From assembly GCA_951406725.2 (NCBI GenBank), contig OX597821.1:33418001-33482000 (forward strand): a stretch of DNA of 64,000 nt, given 5' to 3'. The notes under the pieces were generated by a model, which was not told the origin of the DNA, did not search any database, and saw only the letters and a program-made list of their open reading frames with translations. A program made the position numbers and the translations under genes. Source of the DNA: Octopus vulgaris (lineage: Eukaryota). Shown one piece after another: positions 12,701 through 25,600 of the stretch (its first letter is position 1; every line of letters begins with the position of its first letter).

Positions 12701-15700
12701 GAGTGTGCTGGGCAATTTTTATTGTGCCACCAGCATAAGTGAAGTTGCCACATAACCTGCATGACAGAGAAGTCCCAAGGTGCCATGCAGTTGGACTAAA
12801 CCCAAAAGGGTAAAGACTCCCTTCGGTCATGAATGGCCATGGGATGCACTTAGAAAGCTCCCCTCCAAGGCACAAGTCCAGGCAAAGTTGTTTATGGAAG
12901 ACCAGCAGTCACCCATGCATACAAGCGCCCCCCCCCCCCCCCTCAACACCACCGATGTTATTCAAGGGAAAAGCAAAGGCTGATACAACTTGACACCAGT
13001 GACGTCACTGACTGAACTTGAGTAATATGAATAAAGTGTTTTGCTTGAGAACACAACACAGAGCCCAGTCCAAGAATTGAACTCACTACCTCATGACTGT
13101 GAGCCCAACACTCTAACCACTGAGCCACGTGCATTCACTTGAACCCAAGAATTACATATATAATTGTGCATGAGTGTGTGAGTTTGCCTCCAGCACCAAA
13201 ATATACTGTTGCCAAAACAGCTTGGGTATCCAGTCAGCACCCGAATGGTTGCACCCAACCATCTCAGCTAATGCTTACTACTACTACTGCTGCTGAGAAT
13301 TGATGTCCTTTTCACTCCTACATCATCAACATCATTCAATGTCTGCCTTCCATTCTCAATTGTTTTGCAAAACATTCAAACAGTAAAAGCCACCCCACCA
13401 AAAAAAAACTAGAGGTCTGCATCAGTAAACAAAAGATATAACATGCTTACATAACAATATATTATACTGGTTTCAAATTTTGGCACAATTTCATGTGAGT
13501 TGGGTATGTCAGTTGATTTACATTGACCCAAGAGTAAGACTGGTACTCATTTTTATCAACCCAGAAAGGATGAAAGGTAAGGTCGACCTCCATGGAATTT
13601 GAACTCAGAACACGAAGACTGGTGAATTGCTACAAAGTATTTTGTCTGGCGTGTTAACAATTCTGCTAGCTGCCCGCCTTTAGTGGGATATATTACACTG
13701 TTACGAGAAATAATAGAGAGTCTGTTTCGGGTAGGCTTGCTTATCTTTTACTTGTTCAGTCAATGGACTGTGGCCATGCTGCGACACTGCCTTGAGTGGT
13801 CTAGTTAAACAAATCAAATTCAGCACATAACTTTAAGCCTGGTGCTTATTCTATTCGGTTTCTTTTTATTAAACTGCTTAGTTGCAGGGATGGAAACAAA
13901 CAAACACTGGTTGTCAAATTGAGGTGGGGGACAAACACATAGACACACACACAACAGGCTTCTTACAGTTTCTGTCTACCAAATTCACTCACAAGGCCTT
14001 GGTCAGCCCAGAGCTGTAGTAGAAGACACTTGTCCAAAGTGCCACACTGTGGAACTGAACCTGGAACCATGTGGTTGGGAAGCAAACTTTTGACCACACT
14101 GCTACAAGCAAAAAAAAAAAAAAAGAAGAAAAAGTGAAATAACTTACCCAAGTTTGTAAGGAGAGAGGTTCCTGTAGCTCCAAGCATCTTTCTGATCATA
14201 TAAATGTAGGTCTTTCAAACTGTTGTGTACATTTTCAATGACTTTCTTCTGTTCATTGATAATATTGTGGTTTTTGCGGATCACTTGGTAAATGGTATTG
14301 CTGCCAGAAGGGCTAAATTTACTGGCAGTGTTGATTTCTTGAAGGGGCATATTACCACTTAGAGATGGTTTTCTACAAAGAAACAAAGAAAAGTGTATGA
14401 ACATGAAGGCAAATACACACAAATATATAAACTTTTTTATCCACATTGTTTTGAGCTAATCATGCATTATCTTGTAGCTATGAGATTTTGATGAGGGTAG
14501 CTGTTAATTTTTAAAACGATATTGTAGGGCTGGTGTGAGAGACCAGGGCTGGCCAGTTTGAACATAAAACTGGCAGAATACTTTTGGCCGGATATGGCCG
14601 GTTTAAATGCTAAAGGGTTAAAAACAGTTGTATCCAGCCCAAATATTCTATTTTATCTTCAAACAAACCAAATCTTTGCTCTCACAACTAACCTATGAGG
14701 TAATTCAAAAAATTATTAATCATGTCATCAAAATCTTGAAGCTATGAGACAAAATAAAGAATCCCTTCTGTCATGAATGACCCTAGGATTCCAACTAGAA
14801 AGCTTCCCTTCAAGGCTCAAGTTAAGCAAGGTTGTTTATGGAAGACCAACAATTACCCCATGCATACCAGCCTCCCCTCTCCACACCATCAATGTTATCC
14901 AAGGGAAAGGCTGACACAACTTGGCACCAGTTACACTGTAACTCATTTCTACAGCTGAATGAACTGGAGCAACATGAAATTAAGTGTCTTGCTCAAGAAC
15001 ACAACTCACAGCCCAGACCAAGAATCAAACTCACAACCTCATGATTGTGAGCCTGACGCTCTAGCCACTGAGTCATGCACCTTCACAATGAGATAACACA
15101 TGAAGCTATGAGATAACAAATAAATAATTCAAAGTGTGAATTAATAAGCATGACGTTCGACAGAATAATCTGAACACTAAAGGGCTATCACATCAGATAA
15201 ACCTATTTCATTATTACCCACAAGGGGCCAAACAAGGACAGACATAGGTATTAAGTCGATTACATCGACTCCAGTGCGTAACTGGTACTTAATTTATCGA
15301 CCCCCGAAAGGATGAACGGCAAAGTTGACCTCGGCAGAATTTGAACTCACAACGTAACGACAGACGAAATACGGCTACGCATTCCACCCAGCGTGCTAAC
15401 GTTTCTGCCAGCTCGCCGCCTTCCAACCTGTGATGTTTAGTTACAGCCATCTGTGTTCTGGTTTCAAATTTCATTCAGATCAACTTTGCCTTTCATCTTC
15501 GCAATGACAATAAAATAATAAAATAAAGTACTAGCCAGATACTCAATATAAGACAAGATAATTCCTTTACCAGCAGCAAATGTAAAAGGTTTCTACATTC
15601 TTAAGAGTCTCAAATGGTCGATGCCTAGCTCAAGCTTCATGGCGTAAAATGGGCAAAAAACAATCAGTTAAGGTGAGACAGTATCACATGACAACTTGCT

Positions 15701-18700
15701 AGAGCCTATGCAGCAGGTATTTAAAGGGAAAAATTTGACAAGGCACATTGATGAGGCCAGGGAACAGAAGAAAGACATGCTCCCAACACCAGAGCTGAAG
15801 ACACCTCCGAAAGGAGGGGCCCCGCCACATCAAAACAGTAGAGGAGTAGGGACCGAAACCGGACGTGGTTCTTTCTGATGATGTCTTGAGCTAACTGGAT
15901 CCTATAAAGGAGCTGTTGTGGTAGCAGACCACGAAACACGGTTGTAATTCCTCCTAGTTGAGACACAGGCATGAACATGAGATTAAGAAGTTTGTTTCAT
16001 AATCTTCCCACTGCATAGCACTCTGGGTTGATTCTTTCACCACAGATTTGGCTTGACCCAAATGTTATGAGTTAAATTGTTGGATCAACTCTATTTTTTC
16101 TTGGGTGGACACCAGGTTCAGCATCATCACCTGGCCTTTGAATGCTTATGGTAGAATGCACTCTACTGCAAGCTTTAAACAAGGTCTCTGATGTTAGGGT
16201 AGCTTCTTACCCTTCCACACTACTAGTTGTGGAGGACCTGCAAAATATTGTGGGCACTGCCCTTCCTACTCCTGAATATGCCATAAAAAAAAATCAATGA
16301 AAGTACTAAAATAAACTTAGGGATATTTTACTTGTTTTTTGTTGAGCGCTGTTTCTGGAAGAGTTCCCATTGTTCGTCCAAGACAGTATTAATGTCAGTC
16401 AGTCGATTGGAGACAGCCATCAACTGTTGTCGTAGCATATTCATTGTGTCGACACTGGCAGGATCTAATGGCTGTAAACGCAGCATTTTGTGATAGTTGA
16501 CATCTTGATGGTATCGGTTCTTAACACGGCATTCTTCCAGGATGCCAAACATCTCAAACACAGATAATTTCTCTGCATCAATTTCTTTGTGCACAATCTT
16601 TAAAGAGAAAAAACAGGTAGCAGATAAGAAACTAAAATCAAAGCAACAATTGGAAGCATTGATTCCCCACACACATTTTCAATTATAATACTGATTTTAT
16701 ATTCTAGTACAAGGCCAGCAATTTCAAGGGAGGGGGGCAAGTTGATTACATCGACCCCAGCACTCAACTTGTACTCATTTTACCGACCTCGAAAGGATGA
16801 AAGGCAAAGCTGACCTTAGTGGAATTTGAACTTAAAACATAAAGGGAGACACAATGACACTAAGCATTTTGCCTGCCGTGCCAATAATTTGTCACGTTCT
16901 TGATTTGATCGCTGCCTTATTTTCAATTGTAATATTGATGACATTGTCATCATTTAAGACTCACTTTTCAAAAGTTTGCATGGCTTGGATGAAGCTTATT
17001 GAGGTGGATTTTGTACGGCTGGATATCCTGCCTGTTACCACCCTCATCTGTTTCCAAGTGAGGTAATATTTGACCCTGAGCAGATGTATCTCAGAAGATT
17101 GGAAGCAAAGGACACCGCTTGCATGACACTGACACTTGCTTGCAACTATCACATGACGCCAGGGCAAGAAGACAGTAACACATGCACGCACACACACCAT
17201 CATCATCATTCAAAGTCTGCTTTCCATGCGGGAATGGGTTGGAATGGTTTGACTGGGAACCAGCTGGTTGCAGAGCTGTGTCAGGCCCATAGACAAAAAC
17301 ACACACACAACAGGCTTCTTTCAGTTTTTGCCTACCAAAGCCACTCACAGGGCTTTCATCAGCTTGCAGTTATAGTAGAAGACTCTTGCCTAAGTGTCCA
17401 GCAGTAGGACTGAACTTGCAGCTATGTGGTTGGGAAGCGAACTATTTAATGACACGGCCACACCCACATCTATTGCTGAAAACTGAATACTGTTCTGTAG
17501 TATCTAAACAAACAAGAAGTCAATTCAGACCAAGTTAAGAACATGACAAATTACTGGCCTACTGGCTCATCGCCAGCATCTTGTCTTTTACGAAAGAGAC
17601 ATAACACTCCTGATCCAATCCATTTTCCTACAAATAGGTACAATGGATAGGTACAATTTTCTGTCACAAGAAGTGGAAGGACAGTGCAATTTACTAGTAC
17701 GCTTTGTTTTCTTGTCGGATTATGGAAGTGGGCCATAGTACTGCATGGTCAAGTTTTGGCAAAATCAATTACAACAATGTCAGAACGAATGTAAGTAATG
17801 AGGTAGTTTAACACCTTAGCTTCCCACTTTAGTACCACCTGAAAAACCTAAGTTTTGGCAAGATATGCAAAATGTCAAGAGCTTGAGAGAGAGAAATAAA
17901 TGAATACAATTTGATTGATCAACTGACCTGAGTAATGTTTTTGATCTCTTTACAGAATCCAGTCATCTGTTCAGTTTTGGTTTTCAAGAAGCGTTTCTCG
18001 TCTTCAGTTCCAACAGTTGAGAAGCAAGTCTTTGATCGAACTTTGAGTTCATTCATTTCTTGCTGGAAGTGGTTGATCTATAAATTGGCAAAATAATTTT
18101 TTTAAATAATTACAGGTTTTGTATATTTTTATTTTACTTTTCTTTAGTTTTAAAAAATTTTTTATTACTAGTAAACTACTTTTGTCAATTCTGATGGCTA
18201 TTTAACAGAGACCTCCCCATATTACATTTTACTGGGTTTTTTAAAAGAAAAAGGACAAGCTGGCAGAAATTACAACAGGTTGGACAGGTTTCGAACTTCT
18301 TTGATTATAGATCTACTTCATCAGGATTGAAATGGGGTGAAACAACAGGTATTTAAACTGTAATGTTAGATAAATTTTCCATTTATTTATAAGACTACAT
18401 TTTCCTATACTTCATGTGGATTTGAACTCTTATCTTGGCTAATTTTTTAAACTAAACAAAAAAAAAAAACTAACAAATCTTGAATTTGTTGAAATATCAA
18501 CTGGAGTCTGGTGCAGTTCCCCAGCTTGCCAGCTCTGGTCAGACCATCCAACCCATGCCAGCAGGGACGATGGACATTAAATGATAATAATGATGATGAT
18601 CAACTAGGTCTAAATGATAATATTATAAATCCATCAGAGGAGGAACAGTATCAATGAATTTAGGTACCCTCTCAGATTGGTTGGATTAAATTCGCTAATA

Positions 18701-19781
18701 CATCTTTCCTAGCCTGTACATCTTCAAGGAAACTACAGACATGGAGGAAACATGAGGTTCAGACCAAAAGCTTACAATAGAGTGAACCCAACTAACAGGT
18801 ACCCCAGAAGCTGGTGATGGTGTTAAACCAGGTGGTATGTTAGGCATGTCAGCCAATACTTGTGCAAAACCAAATGTATATATGCATGCATTTGTGTATG
18901 TCATACTGTACGAACATGCATACTCCTCCGATCATCATAATCGTTGTAAGAATAGCATGATAATTAGAAATTTCTGAGGTCAGAACAGTTCTTTTTAACT
19001 GGAAAGGGATATAGCGATAGCTAGCATAGGTACTACCAGATAAATGTGATGCTTAGGGTACCCCTAATATACAAAAAGACAAGAAGATCACAGGCCAGAA
19101 TACCTTTATCATAGGTCTGTTCAATCAATGCTACACAACAATTGTCAATGAGAGAGTCTCTTCAGTGACTTGACTAACTAGATGTAGTAGCCAAGTCATC
19201 CTTAATTCATACTTTATTGTCTTAAAAAGGAGAAGCTCACACTGGATAAGGCTGTCCTATATATAGGGTAGAGGGTAAAGGCCCCCTTTGGTCAAGAATA
19301 ACCATGGGGTTGCACCTAGAAAGTTCCCCTCTTAGGCACAAGTCTGGACAGGTTTTTCTGTGAAAGACTAGCAGTCAGCCATGCATACCAGCCTCTCATC
19401 TCCACACCACCGATGTTATCCACAGGAAAGGAAAAGACCAATACAGCTTGGCACCAGTGATGTTGCAAACTCATTTCTACAGCTGAGTGAACTGAAGCAA
19501 TGTGAAATAAAGTGTCTTGCTCAAGAACACAGCACACAGCCCGGTCTGGGAATCAAGCTCACAACCTCATGATTGAGAGCCTGACGTTCAAACTACTGAG
19601 CCATGTGCTTTCACTTCAGCCCCATATATATATTTTTTTCTCTCCTTGTTTTTTCTGTGTCCCTTTCTGTAGAAGAGCATAGACTCGAAACATAAAAGAC
19701 TTTCTATTCCTGAGCGTTATACTAATAAATTTGTTTTGTACACCAGCTGTCTTCGTCTTTTGTTTTTTTCGTAAACTCTCC

Positions 19782-19814
<33 letters not shown>

Positions 19815-20772
19815 CACCAAATGTAAAACAACAGAATTGCTAAACCAGGAACATCTTTAATCAAGCATTTTTAATCTTAGGGCTGACCTTGGGTTAAACA
19901 GCATCAACTCTTATCACTACCAATACTACCACCATTCCCATTTATTCCCTTGCAATTGAAGAACACACGTATATTCACCTCTTCCAATATGTTTTTTGTA
20001 AAGGTGCTCTCAAGAGCTTCACTAGTGCTTGTCTGTGGCTTGCGTTCTACCTCAGTATTTGAAACCATGCCACCAGATTCATTGCGTTTAACAGGTTTTT
20101 GAGCACCTAGTCAAAAATCAAAAAATCAAAATGAAAATGATGCAAAAAAATATAACAAACAACTTTTGACCAAGATTCACCTTTCATTAGTTTCTTAAAC
20201 ATGAAATATGAAACTAAGTTGGTGAAAAAACAATGGTTACTAAAAAAAAGTACTTCCTTCCCACCTGGGCTATTCTTTTTAAATTCAACTTTTCAACGGC
20301 TGATGCTAGTTCGTAGAGTTGTGAGAATTTAACATTTCAAGAAAAAAAAAATATATAATCATCATCATCGTTTATGAAAATAGATATTAGTAAATAATAA
20401 TAGCATATGAATGAGTAAAAAGATTGAAAAAACAAGAGAAAATCTTAGCAGTGTAGGATGGATGGATATATATATATATATAATAGCCTCAGGCCAACCA
20501 AAGCCTTGTGAGTGGATTTTGTACACAGAAACTGAAAGAAGACTGTTGCATATATGTGTATATTTCTGTGTGTGTGTGTATGTGTCTGTACGCCCACCAT
20601 TAATTGACAACCGATGTTTTGTATATGTTCCCATAATTTAGCAGTTCAGCAAAAGACACTGATAGAATAAGTACTAGGCTTACAAAGAATAAATCCTGTT
20701 GTTGATATTTTCGACCAAAGGCAGTGCTCCAGCATGGCTGCAGTCACATGACTGGAAAGAGTAAAGAGTGTG

Positions 20773-20811
<39 letters not shown>

Positions 20812-22638
20812 TTGGATATTGCTAAGTTCATTTTACTTCCAAATGACTAAAAGTGTTCCAGCCATGGTAATCTGTATTCTAGGACCACATTATTCAGTAT
20901 GTCTTTCTTTTCAAGATCAAAGGGTGTGATCAGAGTGAGATTTGGCTGCTATTTCTAACAGACTGAGCAACCATGTAGAAACACCCTTATTTATTGTGTT
21001 GATAAGCTCCTTTGTTTTGTATCCTTATTTCTATGCTGGTGTGAGTGGAATATCAGTTGGAATGCTTAATTTCGAAAAGGGGTTGCAACATTGTTTTGTC
21101 AATCATAGAACAAAATAATGCGACTTGTCTATGGCAAATTACAATAGCTCAGTCTAGTATTTTAATTTTAACAGCCTTTGTGAGTCACACGGAAATCAAA
21201 ACGAAAGCAACAGGAGACCCGTAGTCTTCCAACTAAACTTAGGCAGCCTCGAGAAAAATCAGCTAAGTAAGTCATTCTCAAATCACAACCTATTATCTTG
21301 AAAAAGGAAAAAAGCATATTCAATAATGTAGCTCTAATTACACTATATCTTGAAGAAATCCATGATGGTCACAGCTCAAACACCTTTATCACTGGTCTGC
21401 TCAATCATTTGATAAGTACTGATGTCTATATATATTTCTTTACTACCCACAAGGGGCTAAACATAGAGGGGACAAACAAGCCAGACAAAGGGATTAAGTC
21501 GATTACATAGACCCCAGTGCGGAACTGGTACTTTATTTATCGACCCAGAAAGGATGAAAGGTAAAGTCGACCTCGGCGGAATTTGAACTCAGAACGTAAC
21601 AGCAGACGAAATACGGCTACGCATTTCTCCTGGCATGCTAACGTTTCTGCCAGCTCGCCACCTTATAATTGAGTGTACCCTAAGAGGTGATGTCCTAATA
21701 TGGCTTCATCTAATGACTGAAACTAGTGAAATCAAAAAAAGAATTTCATCAGAAGTACAAACAAAAGCTAAATGATTCAAACTGTGATTAAAGCAAACTT
21801 CAACCTTTTAATAATCATACAACAAAGAGTATGATATATTTATTTGTGGAAACAAAAGGATGGGATCCTTTCGGTTTGAACGGCAGTTTTTAACATAATT
21901 TCTAGGTAACTAAAAAATGTTAAACTTCGTATACTGGTAGAATGTGTTTATAAAACATCTTTTTCTCATGGCTTTATTGAGAAAATTCTATAGTTTGTAA
22001 GATATTTGTTGTTTTTTTCTTCAATTTCTGCAATTTCAACTAATCACTGACGTCTATTGAGGTAAAAAAAAACATTCTGTGCCGTATGAATATGTCCCTC
22101 GTTTAAGAAACAGATTGGGTTTAACAGATTGAAATGCAATAGATCGATGCTAGGGTCATAATTATGGGCAACAATTTCATATGACACCGCTAGAAAAATC
22201 TGCCGTTCAAACCGAAAAGATCCAAATGATGCACCTAAGAACAGCTTAACTTTCTGTAAGATCATCATTCAGTGTCTGTATTCCATGCTGGCTGGCATGA
22301 ATTGCATGGTTTGAAAGGATCAGGCAGGTTTAAAGGATTGTATTGTGCCTCAGTGTCTCTTTTGGCATGGTTTCTATGGTTGGATGTTATTCCTAATTCC
22401 AGTCATTTTACAAAGTGTACCAGGTGCATTTTTTCATGTCACCAGCGCTAGTAAGGTTGCTTAGTAGCTCATAAACACAACCTCTTGACAGAGTGGAAAG
22501 GTATAAAGGGAGGAAGCTTATGTCAGGTGTTGAGAAACAAGAGTGTGGTAGAGGTAGAACAGGTGTCCCTTGCTGCAGAAGAGATACCTGGCTACTCCGA
22601 CAGGAAAAGCAGAGTAGATGATGATGATGACAGCGGCG

Positions 22639-22681
<43 letters not shown>

Positions 22682-25600
22682 TTGAAGTGGTTTTCTATCT
22701 ATTAAAGGCCATATCTCAGTAAGATAAAATGTGGTTGGCTTGAACAAATAATGACTTTTTGTAGGACTAAGTTTCAATGTTAAGGAATCCATAATGAACT
22801 TGACAAACGCAGCAAAAAGAAAGGAGAGAGAAAGAGAGATAGGGAAAGATAAAAGCAGGCAAACAGATAAGACTTTGTTGAAGACCAACCTGAAGCAGAC
22901 CTCATTACATTGTTCTGAGGTACGAGAGGTTTTGCGGGAGTGGTTGATTGTGCAGGTAATGACATTTCAAACTTGGCTGGTTCTTTGGGCTGTGCTGACA
23001 CACCACTAGTATCAGGTTTAGTAACTGTTGTAGCTGGAAGTGGTGCAGCTTTAGCTCCAAAACTGAAACCTTGTCCAGGTGAACCCATGGTTGTGGCCGC
23101 AGAAAATTCAGGCTGATTGGATCCGATGTTTGAAGATGCCGCACCAAATATTGAAGGTTTGTTATTTTCTGGAAGGGTACTTGCTCCAAATGGTATTGGC
23201 TTCTCATTATTGGATTCTAATGAACAAAAAAACAAAAAGGTTTTACTGAAATCAATAAGAGTTTAAAGTGGTATAATTGATAAATGTAAAACAAAAAAAC
23301 AAGACAATTAAAAAACAAATAAAACAAACAGAAACGTAATGCACAGTAGATATGGTTGTGTAGTAAAGAAATTCACATTCCACAACCATGAGATTGTGAG
23401 TTCAATCCCACATCGTGTTGGCTTTCATAAAGGTCTTTTTCCACAGCATCAGGTTAACCAATCAATACCTAGAGAGGTGAAATTGATAGATGGACAATAT
23501 GCAGGAATGTCACATATGGATGTGTGTGTGCACGCGTACATGAGTATACCCAAAATTATATACTCTTTTACGTGTTTCAGTCATTTGACCGTGGCCATGC
23601 TGGAGCACCGCCTTTAGTTGAGCAAATCGACCCCGGGACTTATTCTTTGTAAGCCCAGTACTTATTCTATTGGTCTCTTTTGCCGAACCGCTAAGTGACG
23701 GCGACGTAAACACACTAGCATCGGTTGTCAAGCAATGCTAGGAGTACAAACACAGACACACAAACACATACACATACATACATATACATATATATACATA
23801 TATACGACGGGCTTCTTTCAGTTTCCGTCGACCAAATCCACTCACAAGGCATTGGTCGGCCCGGACCTATAGCAGAAGACACTTGCCCAAGATGCCACGC
23901 AGTGGGACTGAACCTGGAACCATGTGGTTGGTTAGCAAGCTACTTACCACACAGCCACTCCTGCGCCTATGTGATGGAAAATATCTAGCTTTGTGATTTG
24001 TTATAACAACCACAGCTGGGGATATACTGGGACAGTGGGATAGATTTACACTCAAACTCCATAAGCAATATCCTTGACCACATCCAGAAAAGGAGCACCT
24101 GATTGACTAGCATAAAATCACTCAGACGTTCTCAGCCTAAGGCTTACAGTCATGCTGTCACCTTTCTCTGTTTTTTTCTACCACAGATACACCAACTGGT
24201 TTGACACCTCCATTAATCTGGAGAAATCATGAGGAGGCCACCAGTCTACAATACTACATGATCACAGGCGAGCTGGCAGAATCGTTAGCACGCTGGGCGA
24301 AATGCATAACCGTATTTCGTCTGGCATTACGTTCTGAGTTCAAATTCTGCCAAGGTCGACTTTACCTTTCATCCTTTCGGGGTCGATAAATTAAGTACCA
24401 GTTATGCACTGGGGTCGATGTAATCGACTTAATCCGTCTGTCTGTCCTTGTTTGTCCCCTCTGTGTTTAGCCCCTTGTGGGTAGTAAAGAAATAACTACA
24501 TGATCACAGGTGGCATCAGGTGTACCAAGTGTTTACATGCATTATTTACACTGAACTTGTGAGTGACGAGATAACAAAATTTTAAGAGATCTTCTATGTA
24601 TTAGCTTAGGCCTCTACAGGTAAGATAACCGAGAGCATTAGTGACAGGGTCAAGCATAAACACCAATTGATATCAATTCAAGATTAAGTTGGACTGTTGA
24701 GAAAAATGGAACGTAACTGTAGTTACATGACATAATTAGTAATTAATGCATAATTAGTAGGTCCAGCAAAATGGTTCATCTGTCAAGGCTACAGAACCAA
24801 GGATACTGGGAAATTGATAATGTGCTTGTTTCCTTCCAAAAGGATCAACGCTCTGGACTTTCCACTTTGCTCAAGTATTTTCTGCAGACTTACAAAGGTT
24901 CAAGAGGTGCATAAATGGCATAAATTTCACCAATCTAGACTGGTGAAGTTCATCCTTGGTACAAAAAGGTTTCACACCCCTGTACAACATAATTCCTAAA
25001 CCTGCTAAAAATAGCAGCCAAATCTCCTTTGAATTACACCATACAGTCTGTGAAAGAGAGGGACACAATGGACAATGTAGTCCTAGAGAAGAATGAAGTA
25101 GCCATCGCCAAGACACTTTTAGTAAGAGGTCTGCACCTGTCAGGGATGATTTGGGGGTCAATCAACTAAACCAGATATATAATGAACCAATGAGGGAGAC
25201 TATGTGGTCATTTGATCTCCTAGGTATAGCAGCCAATCTATTTCAAATTACACCACACCATCTTAGAAGGCAGAGCACATTGGAGAATGTGTTCTTAGAT
25301 ATATAAGATGAATTGGTCATGGCTAGAATACTGGATAATAGACCTGCTAAACAACAACAAACACCATCAGAGATAGTTTACTAATGGTAAATTTATGCAA
25401 GAGCATGAAAGCAAAGCTATAATGCAAAACTTACTGTTATTGGAAGCTGGGTTAAACATGGGTACAGTTGAGGTTGAAACAGGAGCTGATGATGTAGCTG
25501 CAGCTGGGGCTTGCATGAATGGCTGAGCAGAAAATGAGAAAGAATTTGGTGCTGATGTACCAGCTAGGGGTTTAATTTCTGCTGCAGAAGTGGTGCTGCT

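Noticed and set aside
18285-18330. Minus-strand CTGATGA...GAAAC
   Set aside because: Stems I and II do not pair convincingly; single occurrence
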